Of a stretch of DNA of 64,000 nt, positions 48,031-57,127 are shown one piece after another; the stretch's first letter is position 1; the number at the start of each line of letters is the position of its first letter. The notes under the pieces were generated by a model. That model was not told the DNA's origin and did not search any database. It was given only the letters and a program-made list of their open reading frames with translations. The position numbers were made by a program, and so were the translations under genes. Source of the stretch: Nannocystales bacterium (lineage in GTDB: Bacteria > Myxococcota_A > Polyangia > Nannocystales > Nannocystaceae); NCBI GenBank assembly GCA_050633305.1, contig JBOEGF010000004.1, forward strand, positions 32,001-96,000, read 5' to 3'.

Positions 48031-49191
48031 GTGATCAACCTCGACCACAATGCGACGACGCCGCTGCACCCCAGTGTCCGGGATGCGCTGGTGGAGGTTC
48101 TGCAGAGGCCCGATTTGGGCAACCCTTCCAGCACGCACGGCCTAGGTCGGTCTTGCCGCGAGGTCGTCGAGGCGGCTCGTCGGGCTTTGGCCGGCGCTGT
48201 GGATGCCATCCCGCTGGGGGTCACGTTCACCAGCGGGGGGACAGAGGCGGACAATTTGGCGCTGCTGGGAGGCTCCGCGGCCTTGCGCACCGCGGGCAAG
48301 GCCCACGGCGTCGCGACCAGTCGCATCGAACATCCGGCGATCGTCGCGGCCGCGGAGGCCTTGGCGGCCCGGGGGGTTGCCGTCGAGTGGATTCCCGTGG
48401 CTGCTGATGGTTCGATCAGCGCGGAGGCGGTCGCCAAGGTGGTGAAGGCCAACCCCGAAATCGGCCTGGTGTCCGTGGCGGTGGCCAACCACGAGTTGGG
48501 CAACGTCCAACCGATCGCAGAGATCGTCGCTGCGGTTCGCAAGACCCGAGAGGGCATCTTGGTCCACACCGATGCGGTCCAAGCGTTCGGTAAGATCCCC
48601 GTGCGATTCGCGGAGTGGGGCGTCGATCTGCTCAGCGTCTCGGCCCACAAGATCTATGGTCCGACGGGCATCGGAGCGCTCATCCATCATACCCACCTCA
48701 AGCTCGATCCCCGGTCCTTTGGCGGCGCCCAGGAACGCGGTCGGCGGGTGGGGACCGAGAACTGGATGGGCGCGCACGGGTTCGGCGTCGCCGCCTCGCT
48801 CGTGGAGGAGGGGCTGCCTCAGATCGAGCAACTCGAGGTGCACCGTGAGGCTCTCCGGACGGCCGTGCGCTCTGCGGGTGGTCGGATCCACGGCTGCCCG
48901 ATGCTGCCCAACACGCTCAACTTCGGGTTCGATAACGCCCCCGGGGAACTCATGTGCATGAACCTCGATCTCGAGGGGATTGCGGCAAGCACGGGCTCGG
49001 CGTGCTCCGCGGGAAGCCTGGAGCCCTCCAAGGTCCTTCTGGGTCTCGGACTGCCCGTAGAGCGGGCCGCAGAGGCCGTTCGCGTGTCGATGGGCCGTTC
49101 CACGACCGCGGCGGATGTCGCGGCCTTGTCGGACATGCTACCCACCGTCGTCGAACGGGTCCGCCAGGCCCACCGCAGAGCGTCGTCATGA
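48031..49191 (+). CDS. iscS: Cysteine desulfurase (IscS/NifS family)
   Basis: LDHNATTP, GNPSS.H, FTSGGTEA.N, HTDAVQ, SAHKIYGP and STGSACS motifs; GTG start at 48031. Confidence 0.92.
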   Translation: MINLDHNATTPLHPSVRDALVEVLQRPDLGNPSSTHGLGRSCREVVEAARRALAGAVDAIPLGVTFTSGGTEADNLALLGGSAALRTAGKAHGVATSRIEHPAIVAAAEALAARGVAVEWIPVAADGSISAEAVAKVVKANPEIGLVSVAVANHELGNVQPIAEIVAAVRKTREGILVHTDAVQAFGKIPVRFAEWGVDLLSVSAHKIYGPTGIGALIHHTHLKLDPRSFGGAQERGRRVGTENWMGAHGFGVAASLVEEGLPQIEQLEVHREALRTAVRSAGGRIHGCPMLPNTLNFGFDNAPGELMCMNLDLEGIAASTGSACSAGSLEPSKVLLGLGLPVERAAEAVRVSMGRSTTAADVAALSDMLPTVVERVRQAHRRASS

Positions 49192-50312
49192 GAGTCGTGT
49201 GTGCCATGTCCGGAGGGGTCGATTCATCGGCCACTGCATCGTTGTTGCTCGACGCCGGGCACGAGGTCATCGGGATGACGATGCGGCTGTACGACGCGTC
49301 CGCGGATGAGCAGAAGGGGCGGGGCGGCACCTGCTGCTCGCCCGCCGAAGTCGATCTTGCGCGTCGTGTATGCGCACAGATCGGCATCCCGCACTACGTC
49401 GTCGACGAGCGCGAACGTTTCCAGCGCGACGTCATCGATCCGTTCGCGCGCGACTACGCGGCAGGGCTGACCCCCAACCCGTGCACGCGCTGCAACCAGC
49501 ACATCAAGTTTCAGCCGCTCCTCCAGCGTGCTGCCGCGATCGGTGCCGAAGCGATGGCCACGGGGCACTACGCTCGCAACCTGTTCGGACAGTCGTTGCT
49601 ACGCGGGGTGGACCCGCGCAAGGACCAGAGCTACTTCCTGTTTTCCATGGGCCGTGACGCCCTGCAGCAGGTTTGGTTCCCCCTGGGCACCTGGAACAAG
49701 GACGACGTCCGCAAGTACGCGGAGAGCAAGGGGTTGCCCAACTGGGGGGCACCCGACTCTCAGGAACTCTGCTTTGTGCCCGGCGGCAACCACGGGGATG
49801 TCGTGCAGCGACGGGCTCGGGAGATGGGCCTGTCCGGCGCCGCGCTCGAGCCCGGCGAGGTCGTCGACACTGAGGGCAACGTGGTTGGCGATCACGACGG
49901 CATCCACCGCGTCACGGTGGGCCAGCGTCGCGGCTTCCGAACCCGAACGCCCGAGCGCCGCTACGTACTCAAGGTGGTCCCGCAGACTCGTCAGGTCGTG
50001 GTCGGGGACGTCTCCGACACCCAAACCGCGCGGCTCGAGGTTGGAGAGCTCCAGCGTCTCGAGCTGGGCGAGGACGGAGAGAGGCGGTGCACAGTTCAGG
50101 TCCGGCACAAGTCCAAGCCGGCCGCTGCGACGGTGCGTTGGCAGGGGAAGACCGCGCTGGTGGACTTCGATGAGCCGATTCGCTCGGCTTCGCCGGGTCA
50201 GGCGGCGGTGTTCTACGGCGACGATGACCTCGTGCTGGGCGGCGGCTGGATCTCCAAGGTCGAAGATCGCGCCAACGGGTCGCTCGAGAGCCAAAGCCAG
50301 ACCCAAAGCTAG
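49188..50312 (+). CDS. mnmA: tRNA 2-thiouridine synthase
   Basis: AMSGGVDS, PNPC..CN, ATGHYA, KDQSYFL, SQELCF and TVGQRRG motifs. Confidence 0.96.
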   Translation: MRVVCAMSGGVDSSATASLLLDAGHEVIGMTMRLYDASADEQKGRGGTCCSPAEVDLARRVCAQIGIPHYVVDERERFQRDVIDPFARDYAAGLTPNPCTRCNQHIKFQPLLQRAAAIGAEAMATGHYARNLFGQSLLRGVDPRKDQSYFLFSMGRDALQQVWFPLGTWNKDDVRKYAESKGLPNWGAPDSQELCFVPGGNHGDVVQRRAREMGLSGAALEPGEVVDTEGNVVGDHDGIHRVTVGQRRGFRTRTPERRYVLKVVPQTRQVVVGDVSDTQTARLEVGELQRLELGEDGERRCTVQVRHKSKPAAATVRWQGKTALVDFDEPIRSASPGQAAVFYGDDDLVLGGGWISKVEDRANGSLESQSQTQS

Positions 50313-50365
50313 ACACGGCAAAAAGAAAATGACCCGTGGCCCGAGATGTCGCCCACGGGGCTGAC

Positions 50366-51487
50366 ATGCCGCAGTTACGTCATCTCGCCGTCCTCGCACT
50401 GCCCCTGCTGGGGTGTCAGGAGACCCGCGAGGAGAATCCCTTCGACGGCTCAGCGTCCGGCGCGTCTTCGGGGCCCGGGTCCGCCGCTGCGGAGTCGTCG
50501 ACGGCTGCGGGCAGTACGGGGAGTGTGAGCACCGGGCTTCCGGCGAGCTCGGGCGGTTCGTCGGGGGATGAGATCAAACTCGATGTTGGCGGGGGGGCGG
50601 ACGTGTTCGTGCCCGGCTGTGTCGCCGGGGATGCGGACTGTGGATGCTCCGCGGTCGACATCCTGTTTGTGATCGACAACTCCGGATCGATGGGCGAGTA
50701 CCAAGAGGCGCTCGGGCTCGCGTTTCCAGCGTTCGCCTCCACGCTCTCGAACATCCTGCCACCGGGGACGAGTGTCCACGTCGGCGTGACCAGCTCGGAG
50801 ATGGACTACTCCTCGCAGGGCAACTCGATGAGTACCAACGGTGTGTGCACCTTTGTCGGCGATGGCGAGCAGTCCAACGAGGCGTTCTACGTGCCGCCCG
50901 ACGAGGTGAACACGGGTCGCAACGGAGCACAGGGCCGACTCTATGACCCAGGGAACGGCGAGACCTACTTCGCGTTCGACACCGATGGTGATGTTGCGGG
51001 TGCCGAGGCTTGGTTCACGTCCGCGGCCAACATCGGTGAGGGCGGATCCAACATCGAGATGCTGACCGCACCCGTCGGGTGGGCGTTCGACCCCGCAAAC
51101 GCGGCGACCAACGATGGCTTTCTGCGGGATGAGGGGGCGGTCTTGGTCATCTTCTTCATGCAGGACGAGGCCGACCAATCCCCCGAAATGATCGAGGGCA
51201 CGTCCACGGGCACCTGGGTCCTCGACCGAGTTGCGGAGGCCAAAGCTGGGTGCGGCGGACTGGACTGCGTGGTCGCGGGAGGCCTGCTGGAGGAAGCCGC
51301 GTGTATGGGAGACCGGCCGATCTCGGAGTTCCTCGCTGGCTTCGATGCGCCTGCGCTGGGGCAGCTTCCCGGTCCGTTTGGCGGTGGCACCCCGCAAGAA
51401 CTCGCGGACGAGATGAACGAGCTGCTCTCGAACTCGCTGGCCGACCTCATCGGTCAGACTTGCGAGGAAATCACGCCCGAGGGCTAG
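50366..51487 (+). CDS. vWA-domain lipoprotein
   Basis: Lipobox LLGC, Ser/Gly linker, DILFVIDNSGSM MIDAS motif and GFLRD.....DE.D. Confidence 0.85.
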   Translation: MPQLRHLAVLALPLLGCQETREENPFDGSASGASSGPGSAAAESSTAAGSTGSVSTGLPASSGGSSGDEIKLDVGGGADVFVPGCVAGDADCGCSAVDILFVIDNSGSMGEYQEALGLAFPAFASTLSNILPPGTSVHVGVTSSEMDYSSQGNSMSTNGVCTFVGDGEQSNEAFYVPPDEVNTGRNGAQGRLYDPGNGETYFAFDTDGDVAGAEAWFTSAANIGEGGSNIEMLTAPVGWAFDPANAATNDGFLRDEGAVLVIFFMQDEADQSPEMIEGTSTGTWVLDRVAEAKAGCGGLDCVVAGGLLEEAACMGDRPISEFLAGFDAPALGQLPGPFGGGTPQELADEMNELLSNSLADLIGQTCEEITPEG

Positions 51488-52062
51488 GTCGGTGGTTCGG
51501 AGGCCGCCAGGTTGTCGAGGGAGCGCAGCCGACGACAGATGTCGGCGTCGTGGTCTCCGCGGAGGCGTGCGGCTTCGCATTGGTGGACGACCTGGGCGCG
51601 CGTGATGATTCCGGAGTCGTCGACACCGATGATCGCGTCCTCCCAGAACCGGATGCTGGTGTCTCGCACGCCCGCAAACGTTCGCGTGACCACGGGCTCG
51701 CCGCGACCGTCGCCGTACTCGGTGTGTTTGCCGAAGGCGACTTGCTGATAGACCCACTTCACGTCACCAGTCTTGGGCGCTTGCGGGATCAGGATCTCGC
51801 GACTGTGTGGCTGGCCCACGCTCGCGATGACCTGTTCTCCGCTCATACCCCGAGCCAGCGCACCCCGCAGAATCGCCGCGCGGACCGGGTCGGGAAGGCT
51901 CGGGTGGGCGTTGACGTAGGTGTCCCGCCGCTCCTGGGCTGTGGGCTCGGCGGGGGCGCTGGGCTGGCTCGTCTTGTCGCGGACGAAGAACTTCGACAAG
52001 GAGCAGCCGCTGGCGGACAAGACGAGCAGGGCGAGGGCAAGGAGGTGGGGAGAACGAAGCAT
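51484..52062 (-). CDS. Hypothetical lipoprotein (SmpA/BamE-like motif)
   Basis: Lipobox ASGC; GMS.EQV..S.GQP....W.Y pattern. Confidence 0.65.
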   Translation of the reverse strand: MLRSPHLLALALLVLSASGCSLSKFFVRDKTSQPSAPAEPTAQERRDTYVNAHPSLPDPVRAAILRGALARGMSGEQVIASVGQPHSREILIPQAPKTGDVKWVYQQVAFGKHTEYGDGRGEPVVTRTFAGVRDTSIRFWEDAIIGVDDSGIITRAQVVHQCEAARLRGDHDADICRRLRSLDNLAASEPPT

Positions 52063-52139
52063 CGCGGGGCCTGAGTACCCGCAGGTCTGCATCGGTTCTC
52101 CGGTGGAGCCCGCGTCACCTCACACGTGCGTCGCGGCTG

Positions 52140-52739
52140 CTAGTCGTGCCAACCCTCGAGTCGTTCCAGGACACTTCGGCGCAACTGGGAGCCCACGCCG
52201 GCGGATTCGATGGACTCACGAAGCAGGGCGCGCGCCCGCGAGAGTCGGCTCTTCACGGTTCCTACAGGAGCCTGCACCACCCGCCCGATCTCGGCGAGCG
52301 GAAGTCCCTCCCAGTAGCGCAACTCGACCAGCGTCTGTAGTTCGACCGGGAGGTTCCGCATGGCCTCTCCGAGAGCACCTTCAACGTCGCGCATCGCGGC
52401 GGCCGTGCTCGGGCCGGCGAAGAGCTCATTGACCGAGACCTTGAGGGTGTCGAGAGCCTGGCGGCCGCGGATGGATTTACGGAGGTGTTTGCCGAGTTGT
52501 CGGCGAGCTACGCCGAGGATGAACGCGCGCAGCGGGCCGTCTCCCCGGTAGCGGCTGTGCGCCGCAAGGCACTCGAGAAACGTCTGCTGGGTCAGGTCTT
52601 CCGCCCCGGTTCGGACCTTGCGGTCGAAGAAACGAAAGACCAGGTCGAAGTAGACGCCGACGAACTCGGCCCCCGCGGCCTGGTCCCCGCGTGCCCAGGC
52701 ATCGAAGGCACCGGAGTCTTGGTGGTTGTCGGTACTCAT
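52140..52739 (-). CDS. ECF sigma factor
   Basis: AEDLTQQTFL, LRYWEGL..AEI and GTVKSRLSRAR; ATG 52739 overlaps the kinase stop (ATGA). Confidence 0.9.
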   Translation of the reverse strand: MSTDNHQDSGAFDAWARGDQAAGAEFVGVYFDLVFRFFDRKVRTGAEDLTQQTFLECLAAHSRYRGDGPLRAFILGVARRQLGKHLRKSIRGRQALDTLKVSVNELFAGPSTAAAMRDVEGALGEAMRNLPVELQTLVELRYWEGLPLAEIGRVVQAPVGTVKSRLSRARALLRESIESAGVGSQLRRSVLERLEGWHD

Positions 52740-55189
52740 GGGGAGTCGGCGGTCGCGGCCCAGGTGTGCCACGCCGTGAGATCGGGTTCCGCTTCGGTGC
52801 CCGCGGCGTCGAGGAGCCTTGCAGCCTCGCGCAAACTCTCGGACGGGTCCCTCCCCAAGGCCAACAGAGCCCGGCCGCGCGCCCACTCGACCACGCCCCG
52901 GGACCAGGGCGGCATGTCGACGGGCAGGACGGAGGGCAGGCGGCCCAAGATCAGGTCTGCGGCATCGGGCTGCTCGTCCTCGAGGAGCGCGAGCACGAGA
53001 CCCGCATCGATCAGAACTCTCTGTGCCCTCGAGACCTCGGACGACGCGGTCGACTCTTGGGCAGCGGTGAACCACTCCACCGCTGTGCTCGCGTCCCCGT
53101 TGGCCAAAGCGAGACGTGCGAGCTGGTAGCGGGCCTCGACCTCGCTGGCCTGGACCCCGTGATCGGAGCGATGAAAGGCCAGCGCCTCGCCGAACGATCG
53201 TCGCGCGACGTCGAACTGGCGATGACGCAGCGCGAGTTCTCCGGCGGTGTAGTTCGCGAACGCACCGATGGGCGTTTGCTGCAGCTCGAGGCGAGCGACA
53301 CGTTCGAGTGCATCGGTGATTGTGCGCTGAGCGTCGAGGAGGTCGCCATTGTCCATCGAGGCAGCGCCCAGGCCGACTTCGAGCGACAACGACTTGGGGT
53401 GGTCCTCGCCAAAGGCCAGGATGGCTGCGTCGAGACCCGCGCGATAGTGCGGGACGGCAGCCCCGATGTCGCCCGAGAGCCGCGCGGTGTTGCCCAGCCC
53501 GTTGCGAGCGGCGACCACGAAGTGACGCTTGTCGGGTCGGTCTCGGCATCGCTCGAGGACGGCGCGATAGTGTTTCTCAGCGGCGCCGAACTCACCGGCG
53601 CGCTCTTCTACGGTCGCGAGGGTGTACTCGAGCAGGAGCTCGAGCTCCGGGTCCGAGCCCGCGCGGGTGATCGCGCTGCGAGCGTTGCGGGCCCATCGGC
53701 GGGCGATTTCTGCTTCCCCGGGTCCGTTGGCGAGCCCTGCTCGGTGGACCGCAGCCTCGGCCGCGACGAGGTCGTGTCCGCTCGCCCAGCCGACCTCCCA
53801 TGCCGCCTCCAGGGCCACTGCGGCCTCCGGATACCGACCTGTGAGTTCGAGGACGGTGGCGCGGCTCAAGTCGAGTTCGGCAGACAGGGGCCCATATCCA
53901 AGTTCGTCGACCGCCTCGTCCATCGTCGCGAACAGGGTGAGCGCGGCGTCGTAGTGCCCCTCTTGTTCCAGGCTTCTGGATGCGCGTAGTTGTTGGCGGG
54001 CGGCAGCGATCCGGCCGCGGGTCTCCGCATCGACCGGGAGCGCGGGCCGTTTCGCATCGGTGTCGCCCGGGAATGCCACGGCCTGTGCGGCGATCGGCCT
54101 TGGGTCGGGCGAGCGATCCGGCACGACGAGTCTGGCGGCGAGCAAGCTCATGCCGAGTACCGCCAAACCAGGAATGAGTCGTCGTGCGGCCGTCGGTGCC
54201 GGGACGCCGTTCGTGGCAAGTTGGAGAGCCAGCGCTGCGAGGCTCTCGTGGCGGTCTTCGGGCGCGGGTGCCAATCCCTGGGCAATCACGCGAAACAGCG
54301 GCTTGGGCAGGTCTCGGCGCTCAGGCGGTGTGCCAGCCGCCTTGGCTGCACCGAGGGCATGCACCGTGTTCCCGAAGAACGGCGGCACCCCGGTCAGCAT
54401 CTCGTAGAGCGAAGCACACAACGCGAACTGGTCGCTCCGAGGGGAGGGCGTTTCTCCGCCGTGCTGCTCGGGCGCCATGAACAGGGGGGTTCCAAGCGGC
54501 GCTGCGTAGGCGGGCTGCTCGGGGTCGGAGGTCGGCGTGTCGGACTCGGACGCTCGCAATGCCAAGCCAAAATCGACCACGCTGATCCGGCCATCGTCGG
54601 TCCGTAGAATGTTCTCGGGCTTGAAGTCTCGGTGAACGACTCCGACGGCGTGTGCGGCCGCCAGAGCTTCGGCGGCGGCAACAAACGCAGCCACGATCGC
54701 CTGCGGACTCGGGTGTTGGACGCTCACCCAGTCCCGGACGTTGCTCCCTTCGATGCGCTCCATGACGACATAGGGCCGGGCGGAGACCTCGTCGAGGCCG
54801 AAATCATAGATCGTGACGATGTTCGGGTGATCGAGCGCGGCGAGGGTTCGAGCCTCCTCGCGCAAACGGTCTCCCCACCCGGGACCGTAGTCGGGGCCCG
54901 CCGTGAGGAGCTTGATCGCGACTTCGCGATCAAGCTCCGGATCGTCGGCCGCATAGACGACGCCTTGGGCCCCGCGACCGAGCATTCTCGTGAGCTGGTA
55001 GCGCCCAACGGCAGCAGGGGCGACGACCGCGGCGAACATCTTGTGCAGCACGAGCGAGCGCAGGTGCGGCGGTGTGCCCGGCAATGCCGCGCCCGCACGC
55101 CCTGTCGCCGCCGTGTCCGCGCACATCGCCTCCAACCGTAGCAGCTCCGCGCGTTCGGCTGCGCGAGCCCGAGGAGGGCGTCCGCTCAA
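52736..55189 (-). CDS. Hanks-type Ser/Thr kinase with TM and C-terminal TPR repeats
   Basis: LGRGAQG.V, VAIK, HRDFKPEN, DFG and GTP.FMAPE motifs; TPR-like helices. Confidence 0.92.
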   Translation of the reverse strand: MSGRPPRARAAERAELLRLEAMCADTAATGRAGAALPGTPPHLRSLVLHKMFAAVVAPAAVGRYQLTRMLGRGAQGVVYAADDPELDREVAIKLLTAGPDYGPGWGDRLREEARTLAALDHPNIVTIYDFGLDEVSARPYVVMERIEGSNVRDWVSVQHPSPQAIVAAFVAAAEALAAAHAVGVVHRDFKPENILRTDDGRISVVDFGLALRASESDTPTSDPEQPAYAAPLGTPLFMAPEQHGGETPSPRSDQFALCASLYEMLTGVPPFFGNTVHALGAAKAAGTPPERRDLPKPLFRVIAQGLAPAPEDRHESLAALALQLATNGVPAPTAARRLIPGLAVLGMSLLAARLVVPDRSPDPRPIAAQAVAFPGDTDAKRPALPVDAETRGRIAAARQQLRASRSLEQEGHYDAALTLFATMDEAVDELGYGPLSAELDLSRATVLELTGRYPEAAVALEAAWEVGWASGHDLVAAEAAVHRAGLANGPGEAEIARRWARNARSAITRAGSDPELELLLEYTLATVEERAGEFGAAEKHYRAVLERCRDRPDKRHFVVAARNGLGNTARLSGDIGAAVPHYRAGLDAAILAFGEDHPKSLSLEVGLGAASMDNGDLLDAQRTITDALERVARLELQQTPIGAFANYTAGELALRHRQFDVARRSFGEALAFHRSDHGVQASEVEARYQLARLALANGDASTAVEWFTAAQESTASSEVSRAQRVLIDAGLVLALLEDEQPDAADLILGRLPSVLPVDMPPWSRGVVEWARGRALLALGRDPSESLREAARLLDAAGTEAEPDLTAWHTWAATADSP

Positions 55190-55593
55190 TCGTCCGCGAG
55201 CATGCCGTCGAGGTCCTCATCGGAGAGGATCTCGATTGTGTGCTCTGCGATGACGGAGTCGTCCACGCCCAAGCCGGTCGCGACCTTGCGCAGGTAGGCG
55301 TCTTCGTCGAAGTCGATGACGTCGTCGGACTCGTTGATCGACGCGACCAATTCCAGGACGCGCTTCTTGTCGTCCTCGCCCAGCGAGGCGAGGGAAGAGG
55401 AGGCGGCACTGACCTCGAACTTGGCCGGGTTGAACGCCTTGAGCTGGTCCTGCTGCGCTTCGGGAAGCTCGTCGACTCCGAGCAGTTTGCACACCATGTT
55501 GGTGATCGCGCGGAGCTCGTCTCCTTCGAGGCGTTTGTCCGCGTACGCGGCTCCCAGGAGCAGGTCGGTGATCGTTGCGATGTGCTCTTTCAT
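55186..55593 (-). CDS. TerB family protein
   Basis: LLGAAYAD.....E and SD..ID..ED.YLRKVA..LG motifs. Confidence 0.8.
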   Translation of the reverse strand: MKEHIATITDLLLGAAYADKRLEGDELRAITNMVCKLLGVDELPEAQQDQLKAFNPAKFEVSAASSSLASLGEDDKKRVLELVASINESDDVIDFDEDAYLRKVATGLGVDDSVIAEHTIEILSDEDLDGMLADD

Positions 55594-55659
55594 GGCCGCT
55601 TCGAGGCGATGGTACGCCCGGGGCGCAGCGGACGTCCACATGGGCGTATGCTGCGGCCT

Positions 55660-56469
55660 GTGACGAGGCTGCCGAAGGTCTTGCGCGGGCTGCCCGAGCC
55701 GTCCGTGCGACTTGATGATGGGACGGAGCCGGCACCGGAGTACGATCTCGACGCGCTACAGCTGGCGATCGGCTACAGGTTTGTGGATCCGGCGCTTCTT
55801 CGGGTGGCCCTGACCCTGGGGTCATGGGCGAACGAGCACACCGCCGCAGGGTGGCCCAGCAATGCGTGCCTGGAGTTCTTCGGCGACGCGGTGCTCGACC
55901 TGGTCGCAGCAGACGCGGTCTGGCGCCGGTTCCCCGAGCTTGCCGAGGGACAGCTCACCCGCCTGCGAGCGTCCCTTGTCGCCGAGACGTCTCTGGTTCA
56001 GGTGGCTGCAGCCCTGGGGCTGGGCCAGTTTCTTTACCTGGGCCGCGGCGACCTCAAGCGCGACGGGCGTGAGCACGCGGGCACGTTGGCGGACGCCGTG
56101 GAGGCGGTGTTGGGGGCCGTGTTCCTCGATGCTCGCGAGGCTGGCCACCGTCCCGAAGCCGCTGCGGCTGGCGTGTTCGAGACCTGGTTTGGGGCCCGAG
56201 TCGCTGCGCTGCAACCCCAACACGGACTCGACGCAAAGAGCCGGCTTCAGCATTGGGCGCAGGCAAAACATCGGGTCACGCCCCGGTACGAGCGCGTGGG
56301 AGATCCGCCGCCGCCGGGTGAGCCCGTGTGGCGCGCTCGAGCGGAGCTGGAGTTTCCCGATGGGACGGTGAAGGTGCTTGGCGAAGGAGAGGGCCGCTCA
56401 CTCAAGCGGGCCGAGCAGGCGGCGGCGGCCGATGCTTTGGCGACGCTCGAGGCTGGCTCCGAGGGCTAG
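55660..56469 (+). CDS. rnc: Ribonuclease III
   Basis: LEFFGDAVL, LADAVEAVLGA and dsRBD (KSRLQ...GEG.S.K.AEQ.AA); GTG 55660 preferred, ATG 55648 possible. Confidence 0.9.
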   Translation: MTRLPKVLRGLPEPSVRLDDGTEPAPEYDLDALQLAIGYRFVDPALLRVALTLGSWANEHTAAGWPSNACLEFFGDAVLDLVAADAVWRRFPELAEGQLTRLRASLVAETSLVQVAAALGLGQFLYLGRGDLKRDGREHAGTLADAVEAVLGAVFLDAREAGHRPEAAAAGVFETWFGARVAALQPQHGLDAKSRLQHWAQAKHRVTPRYERVGDPPPPGEPVWRARAELEFPDGTVKVLGEGEGRSLKRAEQAAAADALATLEAGSEG

Positions 56470-56572
56470 CGACAGGCCGCCGAACGGCACCCCGAAATCG
56501 GCCGCCGAACACGGTTTTGCTTGCACCTCGGGCCTGCTGCCGTAAAGAACGTCCGAGGCAGCAAGCCCGCGG

Positions 56573-57031
56573 ATGACGCTCCAACCTACGCTTTTGGGTC
56601 GAGACGATGAGGTTCGGGTCTACGCTCGGGACACGGCGGTCGTGGTGGTTCCGAACTCGGACACCGGCTTCGACGAGACTCGGGCGTTCATCCAGCAGCG
56701 TCACGCAGAGCTCGGGGCCCGCATCGGAGTTGTGGTGCTGGTGCGTCCCGGGATTGAGGGCGATGCGCTCCGGATCCGAGAAAGCACGCAGACGTTCCTG
56801 GCCGAGGCGTCCGACGCCCTTGCCTGCATGGCGTACGCCATCGATGGCCGAGGGTTCTTCGCGAGCCGGTTCATGAGTGTGGCGTCAGGCATCTTCCTGC
56901 ACCTACGCGGCACGACGACGCCGATGAGGGCATGCGCCAGCGCGGCCGATGCAGCCGACTGGGTCGCGATGCATCTCGGGGATGCCCCGTGGGTCGGCCC
57001 CTTCGTCGAATCGGTTCGCGAACAGCTGTGA
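56573..57031 (+). CDS. Hypothetical protein (STAS/SpoIIAA-like)
   Basis: 152-aa ORF; A..I.G.GF.....S and terminal A.DW pattern. Confidence 0.55.
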   Translation: MTLQPTLLGRDDEVRVYARDTAVVVVPNSDTGFDETRAFIQQRHAELGARIGVVVLVRPGIEGDALRIRESTQTFLAEASDALACMAYAIDGRGFFASRFMSVASGIFLHLRGTTTPMRACASAADAADWVAMHLGDAPWVGPFVESVREQL

Positions 57032-57127
57032 GATCGGGCCGCTCGCCCATTCGAGGACGCGGCCATCGGGGCGTTCCCTGATCCCACGCGGTCGCTCTTC
57101 AGCGTTGCTTGGGCGTGGGAACGGCCG

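Noticed and set aside
52740..53549. 469-aa extended ECF sigma or kinase-sigma frameshift fusion
   Set aside because: The extension overlaps the kinase in another frame and is low-complexity Arg-rich; ATG 52739 gives a normal ECF with an ATGA overlap.
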